The translations under genes were made by a program, and so were the position numbers. From Phoronis australis (Eukaryota > Animalia > Phoronida): a DNA stretch of 64,000 nucleotides. Positions 1 through 11,203 of the stretch are shown here, piece by piece. Below the pieces are notes generated by a model. The model worked only from the letters and a program-made list of their open reading frames with translations, was not told the origin of the DNA and ran no database searches. The stretch is taken from assembly GCA_002633005.1 (NCBI GenBank), contig NMRA01000213.1, forward strand, positions 361,485 to 425,484, read 5' to 3'. Every line of letters starts with the position of its first letter. The first letter of the stretch is position 1.

Positions 1-130
1 GCCGTTCTTTGATTAGGTTGACATGGTTTCACATCTCAGCAGGTCTCAGTCTGATGACTTGTAATTTCATCTCCCACCTCGCCACTAGCTCGGGTTCATA
101 AATCCAGACTTTTGCTTTTCGTACTTGCAG

Positions 131-318
131 GTAGCTCCGTTAACCTTCAACAAAGCCAAATTAATGAATGCTGCCTACGCTGAGGCTAAAAAGTTGACCC
201 ACTTCGATTGTGTCGTATTCCATGACGTAGACATGTTACCGGAAGACGAGCGGAACTTGTACACATGCCCTAGTGGTATTCGGCACCAAGGACTAGCTAT
301 AGATATTTATAACTACAA
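131..318 (+). CDS. B4GALT: GT7 beta-1,4-galactosyltransferase/GalNAc-transferase, internal exon (FNKAKLMN...FHDVD)
   Basis: ttgcag| acceptor at 130 and aa|gtaaga donor. Translation VAPLTFNKAKLMNAAYAEAKKLTHFDCVVFHDVDMLPEDERNLYTC...RH matches the GT7 FNRA(K)LxN and DVD motifs. Upstream exons lie outside the window. Confidence 0.93.
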
Positions 319-754
319 GTAAGACACTATGAACACTTTCTTCGATATATTCTCGGCCACGTGAAATTATAACTACTTTTTGTGCGAGCTGGATGGACGG
401 TTATTGTCTCCCAAACCTTGTCGCTGTTCAATACAGGAACTTTAGGAATGATGTCAGATTTTCATATCGCTACGGAACCTGGATAGTCATCTTTTTTCTG
501 AATTGTTCATAAATACTTACTGCATTAACTCAACGCTAGAGTTTCTTTAGGAACACTTAAGTCATCCAATTAGCCTTGGGTAACCCGTATGCAGCCTCAG
601 GGTACGGATATTGACTCAAGCGTTATGGAGATAAAATAAGTGTACAGGTTTTCGTAATATTTTTTCCAAAATTTTTTGAGCTGACGTTGAAGACACTGCA
701 GTGTGATGGTTGCACGTGACTATCCAGAAAACAACGGACTCGCTGTTTTTTCAG

Positions 755-877
755 GATGATATATTGGCCGTTCATTGGAGGTGTCTCAGTATTTCGTCCG
801 GATTCGTACGAAGCAGTAGACGGCCACTCTAACAGTTTTTGGGGATGGGGAGCGGAAGACGACAATATATACAGGCG
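755..877 (+). CDS. B4GALT: GT7 glycosyltransferase exon (FIGGVS...FWGWGAEDDN)
   Basis: tttttcag| acceptor and cg|gtaag donor, 123 nt, phase 2-2. Translation (K)MIYWPFIGGVSVFRPDSYEAVDGHSNSFWGWGAEDDNIYR(R) matches the WGWGGEDDD catalytic motif. Not in the ORF track. Confidence 0.93.
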
Positions 878-2206
878 GTAAGGTATATTGCTGTATTACT
901 GGATTTCTTTGAATATTATTCACACTGGGTATTAAACAAAGGATAAATTGCATTACGAAATTAGTCGATAACTCACATGCACACATTGCAGTACAGATGG
1001 CAAACTGATTATAGGACTGACACGGATATTGGATTTGTGTTTGAAATGGAGGGGTTGCATCAAACTGGAAGCTAAGATTTGCTAGAAGTCCTTATCTCAA
1101 AGTGTTAATCTAGTTGAAAATCGTGAAAATACATACATAATTAAGTAATATGTAACATTGTATAATGTTTACAGATGTGGATCCAGGATTTTGAGTTGGG
1201 GTTGGGGTGGCAGGGCTCAGGAATAACCAGAATTTCGCCAGACGCGCGCGCCCAGCCTAAAATGTAGGGATGCAGGAGTCTCGAATTTTTGGGTTTGTAG
1301 ACCTTATTACTAAAAAGGGGGGGATTTGGTCAATGCCTATGCATTGTGCATGCGTCCCCGAGCCCCCCGGGTGCGCGCATGTAGTAGTCAGAAAATTCGC
1401 ACCCCGAACTGCCAACTGAAGTGGAATCTGGAAGAATTTCATGAGGGGGGGGTATGGCTCCCTTGCCCCCCCCCCCTAAATGCGCCACTGGTTTACCACT
1501 TGTTGTCAAACTAGAAGCCTTTTTGAGCGCAATTTTGTATCTTTGCCGAGATCAGAAAATTGTTATTAATTATTATGTTTCTATTGTTTACGCATTAACG
1601 TAATCCCTGTAAAACACGCTTTGCCCAGTCCAATAGACGGCTTTATTATTCAATCGTTCCTCAATGAATCTCACTTCCCATTCAGCGGCAAATCTAAAAT
1701 GGCGGACTATCACTAGACTGCAGCTCTAGACAAGTGTGAATTTTTTGAATTTTTGCCAACGGATTACATGTACGTTACGATTATCCTGTGGGTACCGATG
1801 GCTTCGTTATAACATGTTCTAACCATATAATAATAGTTAAAAAGGTGCTACTTGGACTTTAAGGCATGGAGTATACATGCATGTAAGAAGAAGGAACTCC
1901 ACCCATTTTAAATGTGGTCACCTGATTTTTTATTTTTCAATTGATGAACAACTGTAAACACTGCATTATCGCATTAGCTTTCAAAAAATAAACACACTTG
2001 AGCGAATTATTTCATTTTCTTACCTAAAATACACATTTCTTTTCAATATTCGATAAATGTTTCGATGGGACGAACCTACTAAGTGGGACGTCAGTGAACC
2101 AAGAAACAAAACCAAAAAGTTGTGAAACGCCAACTTGGGTGAGGGATTCTAGTCCATGGTTGGGAATTCGTTGTCCTAACTCAAGCATTGGAATGCGTTT
2201 GTTTCC

Positions 2207-2420
2207 CTGGCGTACTCCCAGCCTAAAAATGGGGGGCTCGAATTTTTGAGAATGTGGACATTTTACTAAGATTCCCGGGGTACGTTCAGAGCTATGAATT
2301 TTGAAATCGCCGAACTTTGGTATTTCCTGCCTTTTTAGTGGACTTTTGTCTCGTTTTCCACTTTTTTGGAGTTTTCGTTTCTCTGTTTGCCCACTTTGCC
2401 AAATAGTGGATGCGCGCATG
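2207..2420 (-). mobile_element. Dispersed MITE-like repeat family (CATGCRCGCA termini), copy 1
   Basis: Reverse-complement similarity to 5497-5738 and 38126-38380 (aaaagtccactaaaa, tccacattctcaaaaattcga-cccccc). Ends in TGCGCGCATG. Confidence 0.65.
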
Positions 2421-2520
2421 CTTCCACTTCTAGGTTATTGAACTATCTCTAACCTCCGTCGTTCAGTGTAGAAAGTACGGTCACGTGTATTGTCTCATAT
2501 TGTCAGTGTCATTTTTTCAG

Positions 2521-2625
2521 GGTAATGAGGAAAAAGTTGGATTTCCGTCGTCCACCACTTGAAATAGCGCGTTATCACATGTTTGCTCATGACAGAGATG
2601 CAACCAATTCGAAGAACCCAAATAG
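2521..2625 (+). CDS. B4GALT: GT7 glycosyltransferase exon (RYHMFAH flexible loop)
   Basis: ttttttcag| acceptor and ag|gtatt donor, 105 nt. Translation (R)VMRKKLDFRRPPLEIARYHMFAHDRDATNSKNPN(R) matches the RPxxxxGRYxMIxH..NPxR motif with the metal-binding MxxH. Confidence 0.9.
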
Positions 2626-3687
2626 GTATTTACCCTTTGTGTTCACATGCCTGAGTCTGCACTGGACTTCCTTCATTTGCAGTATTTGTGATGCCTGAGT
2701 CACCGAACGCTTGACGCTGTTCCAATGAAATCGTCGTGTGAAACTTGACACATCTGTCGATAATAGGCGATGATTGTGAAGTCGTATGTAGCGTCATCAT
2801 CGAAAATCAGGAAAAATACTATTACTGGCCGAATTTCCATGCGGTGACACGATGTCGCCAGATTGTCGCGCGATGTTAATTGACATCGGTCGACGATCGC
2901 CCGACGTACTGCAAACGGCTTGCTTCGGTTTCACCTTTTCGAAACGTGACCACCACTATGGATTCAACAGTTCCCCAAACTAGTGTATCCATCGGGAATT
3001 CGAACTTAATCGGTAGGATTGACTAAAAACTCCATTCCGCCTTGATTAGGTGACTAAAAAACGAAAATTGAATGAAATCTTTTATCTTCGTCAAAATTGT
3101 CTCATTTCATTCCTTACAAAGTATAACTTTATCTCCCGGCGTTAGCGACTCAAGTCGCAGGCATTACATAAATGCGTTAATTTTGATTTCCTAATTTTGA
3201 TATTTGTTCGTCGCCAATAAAGACGGAAGCGTTTTTTTAACTGTAGTTGATTTCGATCTTCTCTTTGATAACGGAAAAAGGGTTATCGTTTAGACGGATT
3301 TTGTGGGAGTAAACGCATTAATTCAACTTGATTTTTTACGAGGGGAAATGCTGGTTTAATCATCGCAACAATGCTTGTGGAGCGAGAGACCCAGTCCATA
3401 CATGTGTAATTTATTTCTGAACAATCAATGAACTCCATTTTACGTGGTTTTATCGTTACTCATTTCGTACGCTGCATGAAACACGTAGTGAGAAACAATA
3501 CAGGGTTACATTTCAAAACTTGAACCAAAACAATGGCGCTAAGTGGACCTTTAACATTAAACAAGATTAACCCTTCCTTTTGGGAAATTTCCGTGGTTGT
3601 TTGAAGTCACGCATTGAACTAATATTTTGATGTCGACCTAGTGTATGGTAGTCTGCAACCTCAAACTCAGTCTGGCAGACACCAAAN

Positions 3688-4100
3688 TGAAATGGAATCC
3701 ATATATCTTTTTAGCAGCTATTGCTAAGTTACGTTGCTCCAACCATAACTCGATGATAGAGAAAGGTAGACATGCTCTTGTGGACCAGAAATACCGTGTG
3801 TGTTGTTTCTGTGTATACCTAATTGAAGATGAAAACCATTTTTCACATGTGTTTGTAAAATGTACTGTACTCGGAGAACTTCATTTATACCTGAGTGGTG
3901 CTGGCGTGAACCAAATAAACGTAAATTTTTAAAGATTATGAAAATGTCGGAGCCGATTGCTCAGATTAATCTAATGAAATTTGTATTTCACTCCACTGCC
4001 CTCAGGGAAAAGCTGCTGCGCGTTATCGTGTAAATTTTATGTAACATGTGGGCCAAGGCCTTAAATGTTGAAAATAAGATGAATATATGAATAAATGATT
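3688..4100 (+). mobile_element. 3' fragment of a non-LTR retrotransposon ORF2 (CCHC-like tail)
   Basis: AIAKLRCSNHNSMIEKGRH...RVCCFCVYLIEDENHF...C resembles the C-terminal LRxSxHxLxIExGR..C..C..EDExHF motif of LINE ORF2 proteins. Followed by an AT-rich (TGAATA)-like tail. Confidence 0.7.
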
Positions 4101-4727
4101 TTATTTAAGTTTCCAACTCAAGTCGCACGCAAAGCGTACATGCGCCATTTCCGAATTCGTAATTTTAGGGTTGGTCTACTACAATAAACTCTGAAGCGCT
4201 TTCCTGAGCCGTTGATGGTTTCGATGTTCCTGTTGGTAAACGGGAAAAAATCCTGCCGTGGTAAAAAATGTTATGAGCAGCAAAGAGGCCTAACCCGATT
4301 TCCTTAGCCAGCTAAACAGAGGGCAATGCGGCGTTAATTGACTTCTAAAAGCCTATGGCTGTCCCGTGGTGTGGACAGACTACACAAAACAAGTAAACCC
4401 TTGAAAACTGTTGTCAATTTCAATAAACATGCACGCCTATACAGTAACAACTGAGCACGCTTCACTTTAAGTACCGGCGAATTGGTATATATAGCTTTAA
4501 TTATGGTCTAAACTTATATATTCATCCGCCTAAATGATAATGTACTCGGCACGAATTTTGTTCTTCATACATGGGCGAAGCACCATAGGGGGCTGGGGGG
4601 CTATAGTCCCCCCACTTTCGTGTTATAAATTGAAAAAAACATCTAAAATATAAGCCCGTGTTCAAGTTCAGATGTTGTGACTGGATTTTTACCGTCACAG
4701 GGTTTTAACCCACATTTTATTTTCTAG

Positions 4728-4944
4728 GGTTGCTATGATCGGGAAATATGACGACGGATTAAGCACACTGACATATAAACTGTTGGGCCGTCGTCGTAAG
4801 GCGTTGTACACCTGGATGCTGTTTGATCTAACTGACGGTACAACGACAAGTCGCAAGTTGTCAACGCTGGCTTCGACATTATCGAGCAACGTGACTGTAG
4901 CGCCGACTGGAATTCGCAACACGTCGCGTAAAAATGGAGTGTAG
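4728..4944 (+). CDS. B4GALT: GT7 glycosyltransferase terminal exon (DGLSTLTY...LYTW) with Ser/Thr-rich tail
   Basis: ttttattttctag| acceptor, phase 2, in frame with ORF 4735-4944. DDGLSTLTYKLLGRRRKALYTWMLFDL matches the GT7 C-terminal DGLNSLxY..LYT motif. Ends at TAG 4942-4944. Confidence 0.88.
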
Positions 4945-5496
4945 CACTGAATAGGGTTGCGTGTCATCAGGAAGAGATAACCAGGTTATCTCTTGCTTGT
5001 GTCATGTAAAAGCCCAATAATGTATGCCTGGTGGTCTATTAGTGTATAATGGTACGGGGGTGGGGAAGGGTATTTTACCGTTTTCGCATGTATTTTGGCC
5101 TACGCGTCTACATGTACATGTACATGTGCGTCTGCGCCTACATGTGTATATCCACAATAAAGCGCAATTTGCGAACCACTTGAGCTAAGACTAAAGTAAA
5201 AGTCTTATGGCATGCTTATATGTTAGAAGAGGTTTTATTGTTGTAGGAAATTCATTGGAAATAAATGATGTGCAAATATTTTTAGATTGGGGATTGAACC
5301 CGCGACATTGCCTCGTTCGGATTTCGCGTGCTTCACCACTAAGCCAGTGGGTGAGAGACGGATCCTCGCGATGCACCATCTATTTTGTATTGCTATGTGT
5401 TTGGTTGGGAACGTCATGCTTGATTACTGGTCCTCCATGGTTATTCAGTATTGTATTAATAGCTGACATTCAGGTGTGCTTGTGCCATTGGCGGTT

Positions 5497-5738
5497 CATG
5501 CACGCACCCAAGGGGGCTCGAACGAGCCCCCATGTGGCCAAGTGGGCTAAAAGGTCGGCCTGAGAGAAACAAAAAGTCCTATAAAGAGGAAACCGAAACA
5601 AAAGTCCACTAAAATGACAGAAACTACCAAAATTGGGCAAATCCACAATTCAAAGCTCTGAACGTATCCGTCTTTTTTAGTACGAGGTCCACATTTTCAA
5701 AATTCGACCCCCCATTTTTTAGGCTGGATGCGCGCATG
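5497..5738 (+). mobile_element. MITE-like repeat, copy 2
   Basis: Imperfect terminal inverted repeats CATGCACGCACCCA / TGGATGCGCGCATG. Internal similarity to 38126-38380. Confidence 0.7.
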
Positions 5739-6165
5739 GTACTAGCTAGGACAGGTTACCTTGGTGAACAAGTTGGTGCAATTTGATCAGCAGTTGTGTA
5801 TTTCTTATTATACGGTTCACTGCAACTTATGAAGCAGTCGTATGTAATTCTGCAATTTGTGTATTTATTTTGTTCAGTTGAAAAACGTTTTCAGTCAAAC
5901 TGACCGTTCTTGTAACTTTTATGAAAATTGTTTGACAGGTCATGTTTTAGGCCGTTGACTGAGTTAGGTTATTAGCTTGGTGATTGATTCGTTTGTTTTC
6001 TCACTGTACAGTTGCCATTACACTTATGCATAGTTAAAGATCTCTCAACCTGATTTGCATTGGATTGGTACGTTTTGCTAGTTGTACATTCTATCGTACT
6101 GTAGTTTGAAAGATTAAACAACGTGGTTGTAACGCGTTATGAGATACACGTATGTACTAACTGAT

Positions 6166-6736
6166 TACCGGAAATTTCTGTAGATAAATCCAACCGATGA
6201 AATGCCCATGGGCGTTTATTCGGAAAATTATGGCCAATAAACGCCCATAGGTGTTAACTTGATATTACAACTTCTGGTGTCGAGTGTCCAAATAGTGGGG
6301 CGTTTATTCAGAAAATTTCCTCTGAAAGCCCACTCAGCCTCAACTTTTGTCACAAATTCAGTTTTGTGGAGCATTCCTCATTCATAAAAACGAAAAAGGT
6401 GTTTGTGAACTATATTTATTAACATAAAATGTAAAAGCACAGTTTTAAGTAAAGATGTCAAAGTCAGCAAAACTATGACTTTTCGTTTAAAAGCCCCACT
6501 TTTCCAAATACATGTAAACGCCCGGGCGTTTATTTAACGTTACTAAAACTTTGAAGATTTTCATTTGCCGAATACACGCCCATGCATGGGCGGCGCACCA
6601 TAGGGGGCTATAGCCCCTACACTTGTTCAGTGCTGCACTGCCCATGGCCTATACACGGTGCACCACAAGGGGCTCTTTTTTCAGTGCTGCGTCGCCCATG
6701 CCATGGGCTTACAGGTATCTACGGGAAATCTCGGTA
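6166..6736. mobile_element. MITE with TACCG..CGGTA termini and AAACGCCC/GGGCGTTT subterminal repeats, with a nested CATGGGC..GCCCATG mini-element (~6586-6701)
   Basis: TIRs taccggaaatttctgtagata / tatctacgggaaatctcggta. A partial second copy of the left end lies at ~17990-18072. Confidence 0.65.
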
Positions 6737-9014
6737 GCAATAAACATCTGTTTGTGAATGAATGTTGAAAGACATGTTATTGAAATGGGCCAGATTATTA
6801 ACTACCGTGGTTAAATTGAGTGGCAGGTATGTGATATTGGATCTCATTGCTGTTGCTATTATTCCCATGTGGCGGCAATAAACATTTGTTACTTTGCGAC
6901 TACTGCGCTCTTTCGCTGTTGCCAGCCGTGTTACACTTTACATGGAAGCGGGAGTTGTTGGCAAGTGTCCAATTTAATATGAACTGTTGATACGAACAAC
7001 GCAAAGGCAATGTCACACAATAATAATGAAAGTAATTGCCATGAGCACGTACCGCTGAAAATCGACCTCAGTTTATTCCCTTCTTCGATGGGGAAAGTGA
7101 TGTATGGGTTTGGAATAGAATTAGCAGCTCTTTTTACCTTAAGACCTCGCTTGGCGCAGAATACTAGCTTTGACTAGACATCTTATAGAGCCTACATGTA
7201 GTTTCAAGCAAAATCTCAGCCAGAGCTTATTCTATTTTAACTTACAAACAATTTCAGACCGATTTCATAATGGTAACCATTATCAACGAAAAATCGTTTT
7301 TTGTGATGGAAGGCGGGAGATCGCAGCTTTAAGGTATATACACATGGATCTAAAAGGGTTACACGAAGCCTGAAGAGACGTGCCAGCTATGTTTAGTACC
7401 CTTCACTGAAAAATGCATTAGTTCAGTTAAGAATCTCAGTACACGTTCCTCTACTAAAATATGTCCACAGTTGACTGGTTGGGTTCATATGGAGACCTTT
7501 CAGATAATATGTCTGGTGCGGTGCTATTAGTCTTCATTCACAGATGGCGTGCATGAAGACTGATAGTATCTTGATGTGATGTCGGCGTTATAACAAAACA
7601 TTATGTAGATGTTAGGAATAGTATTTGACATGTTCCAGTTTTGCATGAGGGGCTATCAAAAATTGCTTGCTACAAATTTGAATATTCACGGATTTAATGA
7701 GACATAGTATCTTTAAGATCAGGTGTTAATGAAGATTTCGGAGTTTCGTTGAAGAAATCAAGTGTAGGATTTTAGATGGAAGTAAGATTGTACATGTATG
7801 TAACGTGTCTTCTAATGAACTCCCTAACGTAATTGAAGACGTTTGGAATCTGACATAAGGCCAACCCTCTACATAATGACTTCATACCTTGAATGAAGTT
7901 CTTTGCAAAAAGCGTGCTTCGTGAGCCAGCATGTGATGTCATGTAATCTATACACAGATTATGTTAAGTCAGCACATGGTGTCATACTCACAGCTGTATT
8001 ATATCAATCTCTGTGTGTGTAAGTGGGTGTACAAACTCAATTTCCATGTGGGAACAGCTGTAGGGTAATTATTGTTATTGCCGGATTTATCAATATCAAC
8101 TTTCTAATTTTTCTAATTTCTGGAGGCAGCGTAAAGACAATTCAGTCACACTATGAAAGTGCTTCTTGAAGACTCTATTCGCATTTGCGACTTTTGCCAT
8201 TTGTCTTTCGGCTAGAATTCAGTCTACGGGTGGTTTAGCCTGTTTCGTGTTAGTCTGCTTCATGAAACGAGGCTAAGCCACCCTTTTTAGACTGAGTTCC
8301 ATCAAAACAAGCTAAGGCTAAGAATCAGAAAATCTATCCGAAATCGAAGTCGAAATACACGAATGTTAACATTTGAATCTCCAAAGTTATTTAGTTTGTT
8401 CAGTAAGTACTAATGATAAAACCCTTTTGGTCTTCAGTCCAGCTATATTGGTGAAACAATTTGCCATCTTAAAATCCGGGCTTAAGAACATTCAGGTTCT
8501 GACAAAAGTTCTCACATTAATGACAACTTGCACAGATCCAGCAAATGTGATGCCGAATGCATATTCAGCTAATGTTTTAGTATTCTGGATCAGGCTGAAA
8601 TAACTACGGTATTTTCTCTAATAATTCGTACAATATTGTACGAACTATTTATCCTTGAGAGCTTCGTGCCCGAATTAATAGAGACAAAACTGATCGTACG
8701 AACTAATAGAGAAGACAGTCATTTGTTCGAATTATTAGAGATAAAGGTATACTTGACAGACCCAAGAATCTGTAATTGGAGTTTAAAATTGCTAAAAGTG
8801 TCAAATCAAAAAGGCTTGAATTGTTATGGCTACAAATGAAAAATAAAGACGCAGTTTTATACAATACTTATTATATACACCGTTGCTTTCTGAAAATAGA
8901 AATTATTTGATTTTGTGTGAAATTGTAGAGCAGTCACCAAATATTTTTGAAAAACAGGGGTAGCATTTTTGACCCTACCTGGAGTACTTAATTATTCATA
9001 TTTCAATATTTGTT

Positions 9015-9515
9015 TCAAGTTCAGTGACATTTAAGGCCACTTCAAGCCGCAACATAGACACGCTTTGTTACTTGTTTCTCTTCCCACAGCATTTCCACAC
9101 ACCAGCAGTGCTGCATGGCACACTGTACAAGTCAGTGATCCTGGAGAAATGTGAATCGCAGTAGTTACCATAAGACAATGTGCCAGTGGATTGTTTGTGT
9201 ATGAAGAGGAACTATATGTGACTGCTACACAAGTCAGCCTCGTTGGTGAGGATATCCTTTCATAGGCAATGAGTCATGTGTGGAAAATAGCTTATTTCCT
9301 TTCCTGGAAAAACATGAGCGACTGAAGCTAAAGAAGACCTAGTGACACTCTGGCCTAGTTCAGGGTCAGATTTTGGACACTAAGCGAGTCAAGTGATATG
9401 CTGTTGTGTGTACCTTCAAGGTTCTAATTGTGGATATTATTGAGGCTGAATGAGGTTACATGAAGGAAAGCCACGTGCAGAAATTGAACCATTTTACAAG
9501 CTCTTCTATAGGCCA
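9015..9515 (+). pseudogene. Degenerate YqaJ/lambda-exonuclease domain (ISL2EU-like transposon second ORF), copy A1
   Basis: Hand translation gives KATSSRNID.LC...TPAVLHG...SGLFVYEEELY.TAT..SLVGED...LVQGQ...KLNHFYKLFYRP. This resembles the YqaJ GLF..YL.ASPDGLV..EIKC..QVQGQ..KL..FY pattern. Several stops and frameshifts. Confidence 0.72.
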
Positions 9516-10706
9516 TTGAAACTAGGTCCCTGTGAAATGAAAACCAAATGCATCTGGTATAAATACCTGTCCTTTCTCACTGAGTGATATTAATTTTTCC
9601 TTTCAGAAGAAAGGCTTTATACTAATGGTAAAAATTTTCAATTTGGTACACATTATGGGGAAATGACATTCAGTGACTGCATCGATTGTCTTACTGTCAG
9701 TAGAAAGCAAGTGAATGTTACACTTTGATGATCAAATACATTTTTCATCAACATGCAACTTTGTCACTAATTATTGAAACGACAATATTTCTTCAGTTTT
9801 AAAGTCCTATACAGTGCAGTTGTGCTTATTCTTTATAAAGCTCATTGATTACCGAATACGCTTGCGAATTGTCATTTTCGTGTTGACCTATAGAAATGTG
9901 CAACGATCAAAATAAAGTATTCCCTTTGTTTGCATTTGATTTGTTTGTGTGTGCATATATTTTTTAACTTTTCTTGAGTAGGCCTTTGACCAATTTTAAG
10001 TTTTGTGTTAACTTGTTTATGAACAAAAGTTCCACATGCAAGAAAAGTAGGTTTTCAATTGTAGCTAGCTGGATAAGAATCTGCTATGCACAAGATTCGA
10101 GAATAAACAATTATAAGTATATTTAAAGACAAAATGGNTGTACAAACTCAATTTCCATGTGGGAACAGCTGTAGGGTAATTATTGTTATTGCCGGATTTA
10201 TCAATATCAACTTTCTAATTTTTCTAATTTCTGGAGGCAGCGTAAAGACAATTCAGTCACACTATGAAAGTGCTTCTTGAAGACTCTATTCGCATTTGCG
10301 ACTTTTGCCATTTGTCTTTCGGCTAGAATTCAGTCTACGGGTGGTTTAGCCTGTTTCGTGTTAGTCTGCTTCATGAAACGAGGCTAAGCCACCCTTTTTA
10401 GACTGAGTTCCATCAAAACAAGCTAAGGCTAAGAATCAGAAAATCTATCCGAAATCGAAGTCGAAATACACGAATGTTAACATTTGAATCTCCAAAGTTA
10501 TTTAGTTTGTTCAGTAAGTACTAATGAAAAATAAATACGCAGTTTTATACAATACTTATTATATACACCGTTGCTTTCTGAAAATAGAAATTATTTGATT
10601 TTATGTGAAATTGAAGAGCAGTCACCAAATATTTTTGAAAAGCAGGGGTAGCATTTTTGACCCTACCTGGAGTACTTAATTATTCATATTTCAATATTTG
10701 TTTCAG

Positions 10707-11203
10707 GTTCAGTGACATTTAAGGCCACTTCAAGCCGCAACATAGACAAGCTTTGTTACTCGTTTCTCTTCCCACAGCATTTCCACACACCAGCAGTGCT
10801 GCATGGCACACTGTACAAGTCAGTGACCCTGGAGAAATGTGAATCTCAGTAGTTACCATAAGACAATGTGCCAGTGGATTGTTTGTGTATGAAGAGGAAC
10901 TATATCTGACTGCTACACAAGTCAGCCTCGTTGGTGAGGATGTCCTTTCATAGGCAATGCGTCATGTGTGGAAAATAGCTTATTTCCTTTCCTGGAAAAA
11001 CATGAGCGACTGAAGCTAAAGAAGACCTAGTGACACTCTGGCCTAGTTCAGGGTCAGATTTTGGACACTAAACGAGTCAAGTGATATGCTGTTGTGTGTA
11101 CCTTCAAGGTTCTAATTGTGGATGTTATTGAGACTGAATGAGGTTACATGAAGGAAAGCCACGTGCAGAAATTGAACCTTTTTACAAGCTCTTCTATAGG
11201 CCA
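10707..11203 (+). pseudogene. Degenerate YqaJ exonuclease domain, copy A2 (within the tandem duplicate)
   Basis: Near-identical to 9015-9515 and preceded by a tttcag| acceptor-like site. Confidence 0.7.

Noticed and set aside
2024-2419. 131-aa minus-strand ORF
   Set aside because: Runs through a MITE copy inside a glycosyltransferase intron and has no domain features.
9310-9455. Selenocysteine or TGA-Trp recoding of the shared TGA codons
   Set aside because: Frameshifts and TAA/TAG stops also disrupt the frames and catalytic residues are decayed. Pseudogenisation is simpler.
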